Source: Bugula neritina (lineage: Eukaryota > Animalia > Bryozoa). Taken from it: a stretch of DNA of 28,918 nt. The translations under genes were made by a program, and so were the position numbers. This document shows, piece by piece, positions 12,201-24,035 of this stretch (position 1 is the stretch's first letter; the number at the start of each line of letters is the position of its first letter). The stretch spans positions 65,120-94,037 of the forward strand of contig CAXIUT010000272.1 in the NCBI GenBank assembly GCA_964035545.1, written 5' to 3'. Below the pieces are notes generated by a model. The model saw only the letters and a list, made by a program, of their open reading frames with translations. It was not told the DNA's origin and did no database searches.

Positions 12201-13536
12201 ATAAAATACCACAAGAAGTGCAGTTAGTAACAATCATACTGCAAGTAAGACAGTTATTATCACAAGCAATACAATTTAAAGGCGACCCTGAGACAATTTG
12301 ACCATCTGGACAGCCTTGAATACAAGATGATGTCGAGTTAATCTAGAAATTATAGCCACCAGCTTAGTTACAACTTGTACAACTGGTTGATGAGTTACTA
12401 GCTGTACAGGTTAAACATGCTACATGACATTGATCACAGTAATAAGAGCCAGATACTGTTAGATAATTAGCCAGACATGGATAAATGCATGCATTGTTGC
12501 TATCTAAGTAGAGTTGTTGTCCATTATCAGTTGAGCAAGTAGTGCAATAACTGGTATTAACAGAACAACTTAGACATGTAGTATCGCATAACTGGCATGC
12601 CATTGGTGATCCAGTTGCAACTTGATTGCTTTCACATGAGTTAACACAGCTAGAGGTTGAGTTGTACTAGAAGAAGTAGCCTCCGTTGTTATTGCACTAT
12701 GAACAGTTTGTTGAGGTATTATCTGAACAACGAAAACAAGCTGCATGACAGGTATTACAAAGATGTTAATCACCATCATAATAGCTAGTGGAACAGGTGA
12801 TAAAACATTTTTCAGAGCTACTAGTTTGTAATTTATAAGTTTGAGTGCCATTATCAGCAGTTCCACAAATGATACAATAATAATAATGGGTACATACAGA
12901 GCAATACTGACCACAACGATAGAAAATAACTGTAAAATCCATGAGTGCTATATTAGGACAATAAGAATTAAGATCTATATAATTTATAATCCTTAATGTT
13001 TAGTTTATTTGTGAATGAGAAAAAAGAATATATTGACCCTAGCTATTGCTAACCCCTGATATCTTGTTTTATCCTGTTGAAGCGATATTTAATTTAACAT
13101 AGTTTTGAACACAATTAGGAACAGTACTTAATTCAAATACAATTCTTATACCTAAAAGGTAGTGAACAGGTAAAATTAAATTTGTACTAATTTGATGATT
13201 TATTCCAGTTGCTTAAAGTTCAAGAGTAATGCCAGATAAAGGCCATCCGAAAGCAGATGAACTTGTAGAAGTAATAGTTCCATTATAATTTTATAAACTC
13301 TGGACGAATCCCGATGTAGTTTTAGACCAATTATAACCCACATTCTAAAACCCATATCTATCAGCATCACTTGAAATGCATCTTCCATTATCTAATATCA
13401 TGTACATATGACAATCAGTACAACAAGTATCACAGTAACTTGAACATTGATTAGCATCGCAATAGGAGTAACAAGTAGACATTACTCCTTGAATCATGAT
13501 GAAAAAAAGTATCAGTACTACCAGTGATCTGAACAT
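9238..13536 (-). CDS. Large Cys-rich (furin-like/growth-factor-receptor repeat) multi-pass membrane protein
   Basis: One frame joins track ORFs 13345-13536, 12364-12603, 10516-10845 and 10048-10230. N-terminal signal peptide, many CxxCxxxCxxC/CPDGQ repeats, several C-terminal hydrophobic helices and a charged tail. TGA at 9238-9240; about 1432 aa. Confidence 0.85.
11100..12920 (-). repeat. Degenerate tandem Cys-rich coding repeats (unit of about 320-330 bp)
   Basis: Recurrent ..STSSC(I/V)xGCPDGQ..SG(S/T)P..CxxCD units near 12610, 12290, 11965 and 11635. Confidence 0.7.
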
Positions 13537-13839
13537 TTTAGCTTAATTAATATGTTGATTCTTAACTTCAAATATGTTGAAACTTTATGATCTTTATGAT
13601 AAAAATATTTTTAATACTATGATCTTTAAGATCAACAAATATTCAACAAAGTCTTAAATAAGCGTAAATTAAATTTGTTTGATTGAAAAATTGTATCTAT
13701 CATTGAGTACTTCTTTGAATTTATTAAAAATTAATAATATCATATTTTCTTTGATCTAGAAACTTAATCACATATTTTTAATATTGACTATCCAAAGGTA
13801 CAATCTAAACATAAGAAAAGTGATGAATTATCAATTTAT

Positions 13840-13915
13840 CCCAACCCCAACCCAACCCCAACCCCAACCCCAACCCCAACCCCAACCCCAACCCCAACCC
13901 CAACCCCAACCCCAA
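13840..13915 (+). repeat. Internal telomeric tract (CCCCAA)n
   Basis: CCCAA CCCCAA CCCAA + 10x CCCCAA (76 nt), in the same orientation as the left telomere. Confidence 0.97.
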
Positions 13916-14002
13916 TTTAACATAGATAGCACTGAAACTAATAGAATACAACCTCTAATTATCTATCAATTATAAATATAGCAGACTTGTAATAATAAAG
14001 CA

Positions 14003-15997
14003 TCATAAGACAGGAGCACTCTTCCGTCTCTACAATTTATCCTTATTCCTCCTGACTTTTAACAAATGTAAGTTATGATTATATTTCTCTTTACTTCTCT
14101 CACTCAAAAACCTCATCTGGTTGTAAACTGCTTCAAGTGGCTGCTCATCATTTGAAGCCCGACTTGAAGCTCTTCCCCAACCCTCGCTTGTTTTATATGC
14201 TGTCCTGGCAAAAGTAGAATGACTTCTACGAGATGTATTGAACTTTTCAAAGTTATCATAGCAAGTGCAACTGGGACACTATGATTTTATTTTCATAAAT
14301 TGTTCTTTGATCTTGTTAGCCTCATGGATCTTACCTACATATTATTCTTTGACTCTAAAGGCCATTTCAGCAGTGTTGGTATGAGTCAAGTAGTTGGGAG
14401 CAACTGAAGGAGGTTTAGGAGGTACAGGTGCTCCTTCTTTTTGCAACATATTCCAACCTGGCTGCCAACCACCTCTTTTAGCCAAAAGATCATTTTTCTT
14501 AGAAAGGATATTTTTCTGTTGACTTATATCTTATGTCCTAGGTTGACTGCTTTTCCTGAATATCTATGCCAGTTAATGAGTTATTTATTCGTACATTGGA
14601 GTATTTCTTTCCTAAGGTTTGAGGTTTAGCTTAGCTTATAGTAGTTGTTTTATTTTATCTTTGTAGTCAGTTTTTGAGGTAGATTCTCTGATGATGAGTT
14701 CTGCTCTTTTTTATAGACTATTTTTTTGACTATTTTTAATTTAATCTCTCCTCAACTGATTCAAATTATTAGCTGCTACTTCTGACCTTCTCACAATAAT
14801 TCCTTCTGTCTACTTAGACTCAACTTAATCATGACCACTAGAAGAATATATTTTTGATGAAATCAAGTTTATCTTTTGAATATTATTGTTTGATTTTTCT
14901 TCTTCATGCTTCAATTCTTTAGTCATTTTCTCATGAGTACGACGAAGTATGGTTACATAGGTTTGCTAAAATAGTTTCATAAAGTTTATTTTCTGTCTCT
15001 ATGAAATGTTCTAAACTAGTAGTTCTATGGGTATCGAATAGAGTTATAAATTGGCTGATTCAGCTACTACTGAATAGTTACTAACATTTTAATGAGGAGC
15101 AAAGAGTTAATAACCTCCATTTGTAACTTTTATTTTATTAAGTCTATTTTTTCTTTTACTTTTTTTTCTACCATCTTCCTCCTATGACTAATCAGATTCC
15201 TCTGAAATGTTCTGAAGATCCTGGTCAGCATGATTTCCAATAATAGTATGAATAGTTTTACTATTGATAAGAAACAACTAAGCTGCCATAACTGTTCCCT
15301 ATTGAATATAAACTATTTATATATTTTTATGAACCTCTGCCTTAGAACTGATCATATTCATCTGTTTGTATATTTTAGCATCGCCACGACTGATAACATA
15401 AATATTGTTATTCTTCTTTCCTTCTACGATAAATCTAGTATCTCTACGAACTGTTTCTATTTGAAATTTATTCATAAATTATTTAAATCTTTGCTTTTTA
15501 CGTTATATTTATAATCCAGTATCGTTGCAGTAAAATATTTTAGATAAAGTCAAATTTTTATGATAATTTTATCTCAACCAGTTAAAAGTAAAATTAGGTC
15601 TAATTGGAAATATACTAATTACTCCTTTAGTTTTTATTATCAATCTCAACCACTGAGCTTCAACTGCTTACATATTTTTATAGTTAACTAATGTAAAAAA
15701 ACCTTACTTATACTAGATCTATCTCTGCCATTGCCTTCCCATCTTTTTGTGTAATTATACTGCTCCGCCATGCAAATAAACTATCGCTTAGTTTTACAAA
15801 ATATTTAATACTTATGAATTGGGATCTAGGTGGGGGTTGATCTGATAAGTTTTTCCTTTTGCTTTAGAATCAGGACATAATTTTAGTTATAGGAATTTAG
15901 AAAGAGAAGGCAGTTGACTTTCAGGAAAAAGAGATGTTACATATTTATGTAGTAATTCGGTTGGAACTTAGTAACTCTACAGCTTTGACTTTTACAT
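14003..15997 (-). CDS. Cyclic-nucleotide-binding-domain-like protein (divergent)
   Basis: Intronless 664-aa ORF. FIVEGKKNNNIYVISRGDAKIYK and YSVVAESANLELYSIP resemble CNBD strands; possible second degenerate CNBD (IVYLHGGAVEL); low-complexity C-terminus. Confidence 0.65.
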
Positions 15998-16403
15998 CAA
16001 TAAAATATAATTAATGAATCAATTACATTTGATTGTTTAATAATAGTAACTTAAATAATAAATATCTGTTGAATTTATAATTTCTAGATAAAATACCAAT
16101 GATATGATAACTATCTAACAATATCTAATAATATAAAATTATTCTAAAATACTTTTCCTAAAATTAAAAAAACTATGAAATAAATTGTTTGATTATCCAA
16201 TATGTAATATTTGAACCTTGTTTGATTTTTTATTGTTTTAATACTGACTCTTAAACATTAACTTAGCTAAATTTATTATCTGATAATCTGTCAAACCAGA
16301 AATATTATTTTAAAGATACAATATCTCAGTTGTTTATTCCTTTGATAAAATATTCAAGATAGATCATAATAATTTTTTACAATATTAGTTTAACATATTA
16401 TAA

Positions 16404-18458
16404 ATGCTGAGCTGGTTTCAATTGTATCTTCATCGTCGCAAACAACTCATCCGATACCAACTAGCCGAAGGAGAAGTCGGAGCAGACCCTTCCTCACACT
16501 ACTGCTTCCACAACCAATACATACTCAAATTTTGGTTCATCTGGAAATTCATAGTATTCCTAATAGACATCTACTACGTTAACTAGTGCTGGCTCTGGCC
16601 TATCTTCGAATCCTTCTACACCTACTCCCACAACAATCTACAACCAATCAACGTCTGCTTTCTCACCATCCTCGGACTCAACTCTATCCTAAAAATAGCA
16701 ATGACTCCTCGCCTCCCCAAAAGCATCTTTGAGTACATGAGTCCAGGAGTAAAACTTCTCATCAGATTATAACATTTCATTTGGTATGACAACAACGGCC
16801 TAGGTATCCTCGTTTATGTACTCTTCTTTATATCTTTCTTTGTAGGATATTAAAGTGCTTAATGGCTACATCTCATCTACACATTTAGAATAGTACATAT
16901 GGATAGCTTCCTATCAATAGTCTTCAATAAAATACATATCTACAAAGCACTAAGAATTGTCTACAGGCTGTTTGTCCTCACCTTTATCATCTTATACCTC
17001 TCGCATGTATTGGGCTGCATTTTCTATAAAATTGATCAGCGTCTTATCGATGTTCAGTACTTTGGTGACCCAGTAACTAACCCTGCAGGTACAACCACTT
17101 CTATCTAGTCTACTATCAAATGATCACAGCACAATCATATACTCCTATTGAAATGCTTTCTGATTTAGGAAGGTATATAATGGCACTCTACTTCGCCAAT
17201 GGACTTGTTTCGACTTAGGCATATGGAGACATAGTTGGCCAGAATTGGATCTAAGATGTTTATGTGACTATTTTGATGGTAGTCAGCACCATAATGGTTG
17301 CTTTCTTACTTGAAGAGTTCATGATAATGGTGGAAAACAATCGATTTGCTATTTTTTAGATAGTGTAATGGTTATTTAATGTAGAAAAGATTTTAGACAT
17401 ATGGAGCAGCTGATGAGTCAAAAGGAAGTAGCAACTAATCTTAAACTTAAAATAAGAAATTATATTTTCTATATTGAATACTACAATAAATTCCAGAACC
17501 CTTAGAATATTTTATAAAAACTAACAGATAAAATGAGAATAGATTTGTTTTAAAAAGGTTATGGAAGACATTTATAACCTATTTTTCAGGAATTAGGTTT
17601 TACAAAGATAAGAAAGATATGCAAACATTTAAATTAAATCATTTTTCAACCATAAGTTGACTTATTTTTGGTATATATTCATTTATAAAGCCTTAATGGA
17701 AAAGTATAAACCATGATCATTTCCGTGAAAGTTGTCTTGAAAATGAAACTTTAACTCCTAGTCTTTTTTATCTTGTTCAAGGTAAAATATTTCAATATGT
17801 GCAATGGTAAGTAGGAAATCATGAGTTACAATTGCGTGAAAAAATGAAATACTGTAATGTATTTTAGTTTTTTACTCAAAGACATGTGAGATACGGGCTA
17901 AGAACTAAAAATATCGTTCAATTTATTCAATTGAAATTCGAACATTTCAATGAAGTATTAGAAGAGTAAAATTTATTGAAAAAGAAGTTAGCATATAAAA
18001 AATAAATGGTTTTAACAAATCAAATATCAAGAAAACTATTCGGTGATGATTGCTAAGTGTGTCAACATGAAGACCATAATGTATTTAACTGTCCTGAAGT
18101 GCATTTATCTTTTGATGAACATTGTGAAACAGCTGAAAAGATAGGAGATTTATTAAAAAGGAGAACAAATGAACGTAAAAGCAAAAGAAGAAAAATAGTT
18201 AAATCTAAAAGATAAATAGGATTGTTACATTTTAGAGCTCTTTTTGCCAACATGCTATAGCAGAACTAAGAATAGCTAATCACACCTAAAGAGTAAGACG
18301 TGTTTGAGGTGGGAGTTTCTTACCTGCAAAAAACAATAAAAAATCTATTTGAGAAAGCCAACATCGAAGAGATATAGTAAAAAGAAGAAGAATAGTAGGT
18401 TTTGGATTGTAGCTACGATCCTCAAGGACTAGATGATGTCTGGCGAATAAATCATTGA
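16404..18458 (+). CDS. CNBD-family (EAG/HCN/CNG-like) 6TM cation channel
   Basis: Hydrophobic S1-S6 segments, LSHVLGCIFY (S5), pore YIMALYFANGLVST[TAG]AYGDI, C-linker KIRNYIFY, CNBD LFYLVQGKI, and a CEVC-x4-H-x4-C knuckle. 20-nt introns at 17089-17108, 17365-17384 and 17671-17690. Confidence 0.88.
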
Positions 18459-18491
18459 TTTTAATAATAATAAAGCATAATGAATTAATAA

Positions 18492-19685
18492 TCATTGATT
18501 CTAATTTTACACTACTTTCAATTTGAGAGGCTGACTCAGTAGACATGAATTATTTTATTCATGGAATTTGATCAAGTGGTTATCAATTATAATTTATAAC
18601 TAGTTATCAGAAATAGAAAAATTCCATTCCTGGGTAACTTTGATAAAAGTGCCATAAGTAGGATTCCTATTTCTCAACATCAGCTCTCCATTCTAAAATA
18701 TCAACTAACAATGCTCATTACTAGCCATTCTATCCAACAAAGGTATATCGCATTTAGCTTTCCTCCCCAGTACAATTCGATTATTGTAATCAAAGTTAAT
18801 TATATATTCCTGGATCTTAGTACTCGATGGATTGTAATGTGTCAAAACCACGAAAGGAGGCAACACCAAACTATCACTATACAAAGTGTACTTCTTCCCT
18901 TTATGAGTTATACTTTTATTTATTTTTTATTTGCAGACTTAACAACTCAAATCATACTAGAAATATTCATAGCAATCAGATGCACGAGTTACTGAACGAG
19001 TACTAATCCAATTTTTTAAACAATAGTAATGACTAAATTTGACTGAACCTGCACATCTACATACATTGAGCAAAGGATTACCAGAAGTACTATCCCTTCC
19101 ATAACAATAACGACAGTACTAGACTCCTTCCTGGTCCAAATTAAAACTAGAAGCTACTGATGCATTTTTAGCATGACTTCTTCCCTGAAAAGCAAAAGAC
19201 GATTCCTTGGCAAATGAATTTTGAATTTTACGACTTCTACTATTAACAAGATTAATATTACAACTCTCTCTTGGATCATCAGCTAAAGTATTCAGATGTC
19301 CCTACCACTCCTCAAGATCACTATAATTCCTACATATCTTCTTCACCTCAAATTGACTATTAGCTATCCTTATTATATTATTTTCATGCAATTGAATGCT
19401 TTCACTAGCACCAATATTTTTCCAAATAGGAGCAGAGTTGCTATCTACTTTGTCAAAAATCAATTATGGGGTGCCGTTTTGGTTCTTATAATTGATTTAG
19501 TATTGTCGGCAGTTGAGGTTGCTTCTTTCTGAGTAGCAAATTTAGTGATTTGATTTTTTAATGAATGAAGGAAAAGACATAGTAGTTGATGAAGAGTTAG
19601 ATTATTGGTCTTTATGAAAATTGAATAGATCTAGAGATGGAGGATGCACTGAGATAGAGATTGAGTTTTAACCTAAATTTCCCAT
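18492..19685 (-). CDS. RING-CH (RINGv) + FHA domain protein, putative E3 ubiquitin ligase
   Basis: Intronless, 397 aa. CRYC..NPLLNVCRCAGSVKFSHYYCLKNW..C[TAA]VCK (C4HC3) followed by FHA-like VLGRKAKCDI..ASNEHC..PTYGTFI. Confidence 0.88.
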
Positions 19686-19988
19686 TGAATAATTATAATT
19701 AACGACTTAATTTATACTCTAATATATCTGTTTTATCAATCTCAATAATTAAATTTTCTACATAGGATAGAAATTATTGCAAAAAGCAATTTGAACCTCT
19801 TTAATATGACTAAAATCAAAATATCTAAAAAATATTTTGAAAAAGGTTATTTTTTTATCAAAAATTAAGAAGTGTCCATTCTTTCTCAATAAATTGTAAA
19901 AACTTGATTAATCAAAGGGTAATCTAATAGATATAATTTCTTACATACTAGAAGTCATATAAATATAGCTTATAATCATATTTTTAAA

Positions 19989-21392
19989 ATGGAAATCAAA
20001 ACCTGTCCAGTTTTAACACCAACTCTTGAATAGTTCAGTGATTTCTACAGCTATGTCCATTTCCTGGATGAAACCTACAAGCATCAACATGGCATGGTCA
20101 AGGTACTGATACCAATATCCAGATTATCCCTCCCCCTTAGTGGAAACCTCAAGCCCAAAGCTACAACTCAAGACTTGAAAATCTCATAGTCAAAAACCCC
20201 ATTGAGCAGAATGTCCAAGGGCGAGGAGGTTTTTATGAAAGCAAAAACATAGTGCAAAAGAGGATGACTTTTAAAGCGTACCGCAAATACGCAGAGAATG
20301 AAAGCAATAAAGTTTCAACTAAATCAAGCGCATAAAAATAAAAATTAGTAAAATCTTGTTAATTCAGTTCTGGAAGACTATTACTTACTCTCCACCTATA
20401 TACGGAGCTGACCTCACTGGCAGTCTTATGGATTAATCAGCCGGTTAATGGAACCTCAACTCTCTTAACTCTCTTTTAAGATATGCTCTACCTCATAGAG
20501 TCAAAGGAGTTACTGATCCCTATTGCTACATAGGGAGTTGGAAGGCTTTTTTCAGTTGGCATAAAGAAGACCTTGATTTATCAGCTCTCAACTATATTCA
20601 TGAAGGTGCCTCCAAAATATGGTATTCTATTGCAAAAGATGATAGCTATATACTCTAAGAAGAAGCAAGAAATCATTTTAAAATCCAAGCTGAGCACTGT
20701 CCATAATTTTTAAGACATAAGACCTTTTTAATAAGTCCTGAAGTGCTCCTGCAAAAGCATAAAAATTTAAGAATTACAAAGACCTAACATAAAGCTGGAT
20801 AAATTATGATGGTTTTTGGTGGAGCTTACCATGAAGGTTTTAACTTAGGTTTTAACATTGCTGAAGCTATCAACTATGGAACAGAAGATTGGCTTGAAAT
20901 CTTACCAATAGTAAATTACTGCAAATGTTCAAGGAGATGTGTTAAAGGGTAAATCTAATCGATCCTCTATAATCTTGAAAATAGTATATTTTAAGTAATG
21001 TAGGTGTTCTGGAAGAAAAATTATCGAAACTTGATACTTATAAAGCTTTGCAAGTTTATGTCTATCAACAGCAACTCTTGGAAAAAGAAAAAGAAAAAGC
21101 AATGGAAGACAAAATGATTGAATCTTCTTTGAAAAATTAGGTTTTGAAAGACTAGAAAGTGTAATAGAAAAAGGTGCCTGAAATAATCATAAAAAAGGTA
21201 TAAAAGAGTAAAGTTCTGAGCAAAGAAGCAGCTTCATTGAAAATAAAGAAAAAGACTGAGCATAAGAAGGTTAAGAAGTCAAAAAAGTCTAAATCTAAAA
21301 AAGTATCTGGCAAAAAAAAGAATTAATCAGTCAAGATGGAGATCTAAGCATAAAAAGAAAACCATGTCAATGAAGCACTTCCTAACTCTTGA
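19989..21392 (+). CDS. JmjN/JmjC histone lysine demethylase, KDM4-like
   Basis: JmjN PVLTPTLEEF..GMVKIIPPPEWKP; JmjC FSWHKEDLDL, KIWYSI, CPEFLRHK, AYHEGFNLGFNIAEAINY (Fe ligands H-x-E...H). 20-nt introns at 20103-20122, 20348-20367 and 20984-21003. Confidence 0.93.
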
Positions 21393-21458
21393 ACAACAAT
21401 GATAGAAGTTATGTTAATTTCAATATTCTTTTATTAATTATTTATATCATAAAGATGA

Positions 21459-22228
21459 TCATATAGCAGTAGTCATAGGTTGAATACTAATTACAGTGGA
21501 ATATAAGCTACATGATTGATTTTGCTGATTTTCCATAAAAACTTTTATTTTTGATGGCTCATTCACAGTAATTGGTTGCTGGAAGGAATAAGGATATCCA
21601 TATCCTCCATTTCCATACAAATATAGATGTACAGGTATCTTTTATTCCTTTATTTCAATAGTAACAGTGACATCTTGGCTTATTATCATTCCTGTATTAT
21701 CAATAAACTCTCCTCCCATCTACAAAAGGTATCTTCCCTACTCAACCTATTTCTCAAAAAGCATAGTTTTGTTGACTAAAGTTTGATAGTTAAGATTTTT
21801 GACAATAGAAGATGATTTTTCTGACACAGAATCAACCATCTTTTCCAATAACTGTAAATCATTTTTCAATTAAGCTGACTAAACTTTGTTCATTCCTTTT
21901 CCTTTTCTCTACAATTAATCAAGTATAATTTGTTCACTAAAAGTAGGAAGATAATCAAAGCTAACTTAAAAGCTGATGGCTAGTTTTTTAGGTTAAACAT
22001 CTACCAAGTTAAAATAACCTTAATTAATTAAACAATACATTTAAGGTTGTCTACATTTTTACGTGAAAGTGTAGCAAGTACAGTATCTTTTCTTATTTTA
22101 TTTAACTAAACTTTTTCATTGATAAAGACTTCATACGTGTACATATCAGAAGCTGTGATTGCCATTTTGAAATCGCTTTCAAAGTCGACAGTGATGACAT
22201 AGTTGTCATATTGGTATTTACTGCTCAT
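21459..22228 (-). CDS. Hypothetical protein
   Basis: 249-aa ORF (MSSKYQYDNYVITVDF...) after removing a 20-nt intron at 22019-22038; no motif recognised. Confidence 0.7.
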
Positions 22229-22268
22229 ATCTTAGTATAGAAAAGAATTATAATTAAACTTTATACAA

Positions 22269-23243
22269 TCATTATTAATCATGACTAAATATTGCATTCT
22301 AAAATAACCACACCACACTGATAAACCCTGTCGCAAAGAGTAAAACTATAAATTTTTGTATTCGATAACTCGACCGATGCAACTGCTCTCCCAGCATCTA
22401 CATCGTACTAATAGCTAAGAAAGTTCCAGCTGATATAGATAGAAATATAGCCTCAACAAAATCACCAAAAGAATCAATAGCCCATCCGAATCCAATAGCA
22501 ACAGCATTGAGAATTGCCTGACCGATGATAAGTCCATAGGCTATTTTAATGGGAATATTTCTGTTTCTATACTGAATGCCCATTGATAGCGCATCTGCCC
22601 ATTTATGGAAAGCAATTGCGACTGCTATACTAAGAAAATCACCTATATTATTTTGTACTCCAATCGCTATTCCTTAAAAAATGGTGTGAAAGTACATAGC
22701 CAAAGTAAGAAAGTAAGTGTCTTGATGATTTTGAGGCTTTTACTAGGGAGGTTATTCAAGACCTTATTCTTGTTTTTCTTAAATAGGTTCTTAATTACTG
22801 ATTAATGTTTATTGATTTTGAATTAGTTTCTTCTTTTGCTCTTTGTTGCCATTTTATTAAGGAATTTCAGGTTCGTGGAATGATTAAGATGCCTCGCTAC
22901 TTTAGTCATCATGGTGATGTTAATGTGTAGCTATGATTCGAGTGAAAAATATTGTTATTAAAAAACCTATCATCATTAGCAAATTAGCAAGAGGAAATAC
23001 TTCATCATTACCAGTTTTATCCTTGAGATATTCTTCTATTGCATCTGATGACTAAGGTAGAATATGAATGATAGCTACATTGACAAAAAGAGCACCAGCG
23101 AAGGTAGTACCCATCGCTTTGAAGAATTTATTACTTTTGAATGACTTCATACGAAGAGGAATTGTTCCTATTCCTATCACAATTCCCACAAACAGAATCA
23201 TGAAAACTAACTTAAGAATCAGAAGCACTGTTGATTATTCCAT
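22269..23243 (-). CDS. ZIP (SLC39) zinc/iron permease
   Basis: Intronless, 324 aa. FAGALF..HILPE, His-rich loop, YFHTIF[TAA]GIAIG, AFHKWADALSMG, SISAGTFLAIS. Confidence 0.93.
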
Positions 23244-23410
23244 ATTATTATAGTCAATATCAAAAAAATATAAGAACTAGAAATAATATTTGATTTTATT
23301 ATTTTTATTTCATTGTCAATCTTCTTAGTTGCTTTTTTTATTTATTGAAGAGATTTATTTCTTTACTTTTTTACTTAGAGCTGACTAAATATCTCTTAAT
23401 AATATTTACA

Positions 23411-23936
23411 ATGAGTTTTAAATAAGCAAAATCTTTAATCACCACAATGCTCGGCAATATCGATAGTGACCTCGGAGACCGTTCTTTCTTTAAGGCTGTT
23501 CGCTAAAAAACAGGTATAAAGCCTTCACATTTCTGCATTGGAGTTATTCTCCTCATTTCAATTCTGGCTATTTTTGAGATTGCAGGAGACTTGCTAACCA
23601 CTCTTCTCGGCATGATCTACCCAGCATATATGAGTTTCAAGGTACTTATGTTATTTTTCAGTCAATTGAAAGGAAAGATGATGAGCAGAAAAAGGTATGG
23701 CTGACATATTGGATCGTATTTGGACTTTTGACTTCTGTTGATGATATATTGGGAGGGTTTTTAGACTTTATTCCTGGGTTTTATGCGTTAAGATTCATGG
23801 TCTATGTGTGGATGTTTTATCCAAGAATGAATAATGGATCAGAAGTGATATACTCTTATGTAAAACCTTATTTGTACAAGTGGAAGGTAAAAATCAATAA
23901 ATTTAGGCCTTATTAGAAGATGGAAAAAAGTAGTGA
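23411..23936 (+). CDS. TB2/DP1/HVA22 family (REEP5/Yop1-like) ER-shaping protein
   Basis: GMIYPAYMSFKSIE..KVWLTYWIVFG..FIPGFY..VWMFYP..GSEVIY. 20-nt introns at 23642-23661 and 23887-23906. Confidence 0.92.
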
Positions 23937-24035
23937 TATGATGTAGTTATGTTCTAAATATTTATCCTTTATTTCTTTTAAATCTTTCCAATATTCATAA
24001 AAAAGATAGACTACTAATTATCAATATCATCTCTT

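Noticed and set aside
13784-13975. Track ORF with a (PQ)n repeat
   Set aside because: It is the translation of the internal CCCCAA telomeric tract, not a protein.
13945-14480. Partial matches to the Tetrahymena chromosome breakage sequence TAAACCAACCTCTTT (CAACCTCT near 13950; AACCACCTCTTT near 14467)
   Set aside because: The matches are incomplete, one lies inside a CDS, and that element is removed from macronuclear DNA.
15688-15707. Apparent 20-nt GT-AG intron on the minus strand (gtaaggtttttttacattag)
   Set aside because: The ORF 14003-15997 is open through it; removing it would shift the frame, and it lacks A at -6.
22269-23936. TAA/TAG directly before terminal TGA (ZIP, REEP) suggesting context-dependent stops
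   Set aside because: Every gene has a TGA where homology ends, and UAR codons are frequent enough for this to be chance. It cannot be fully excluded without ribosome profiling.
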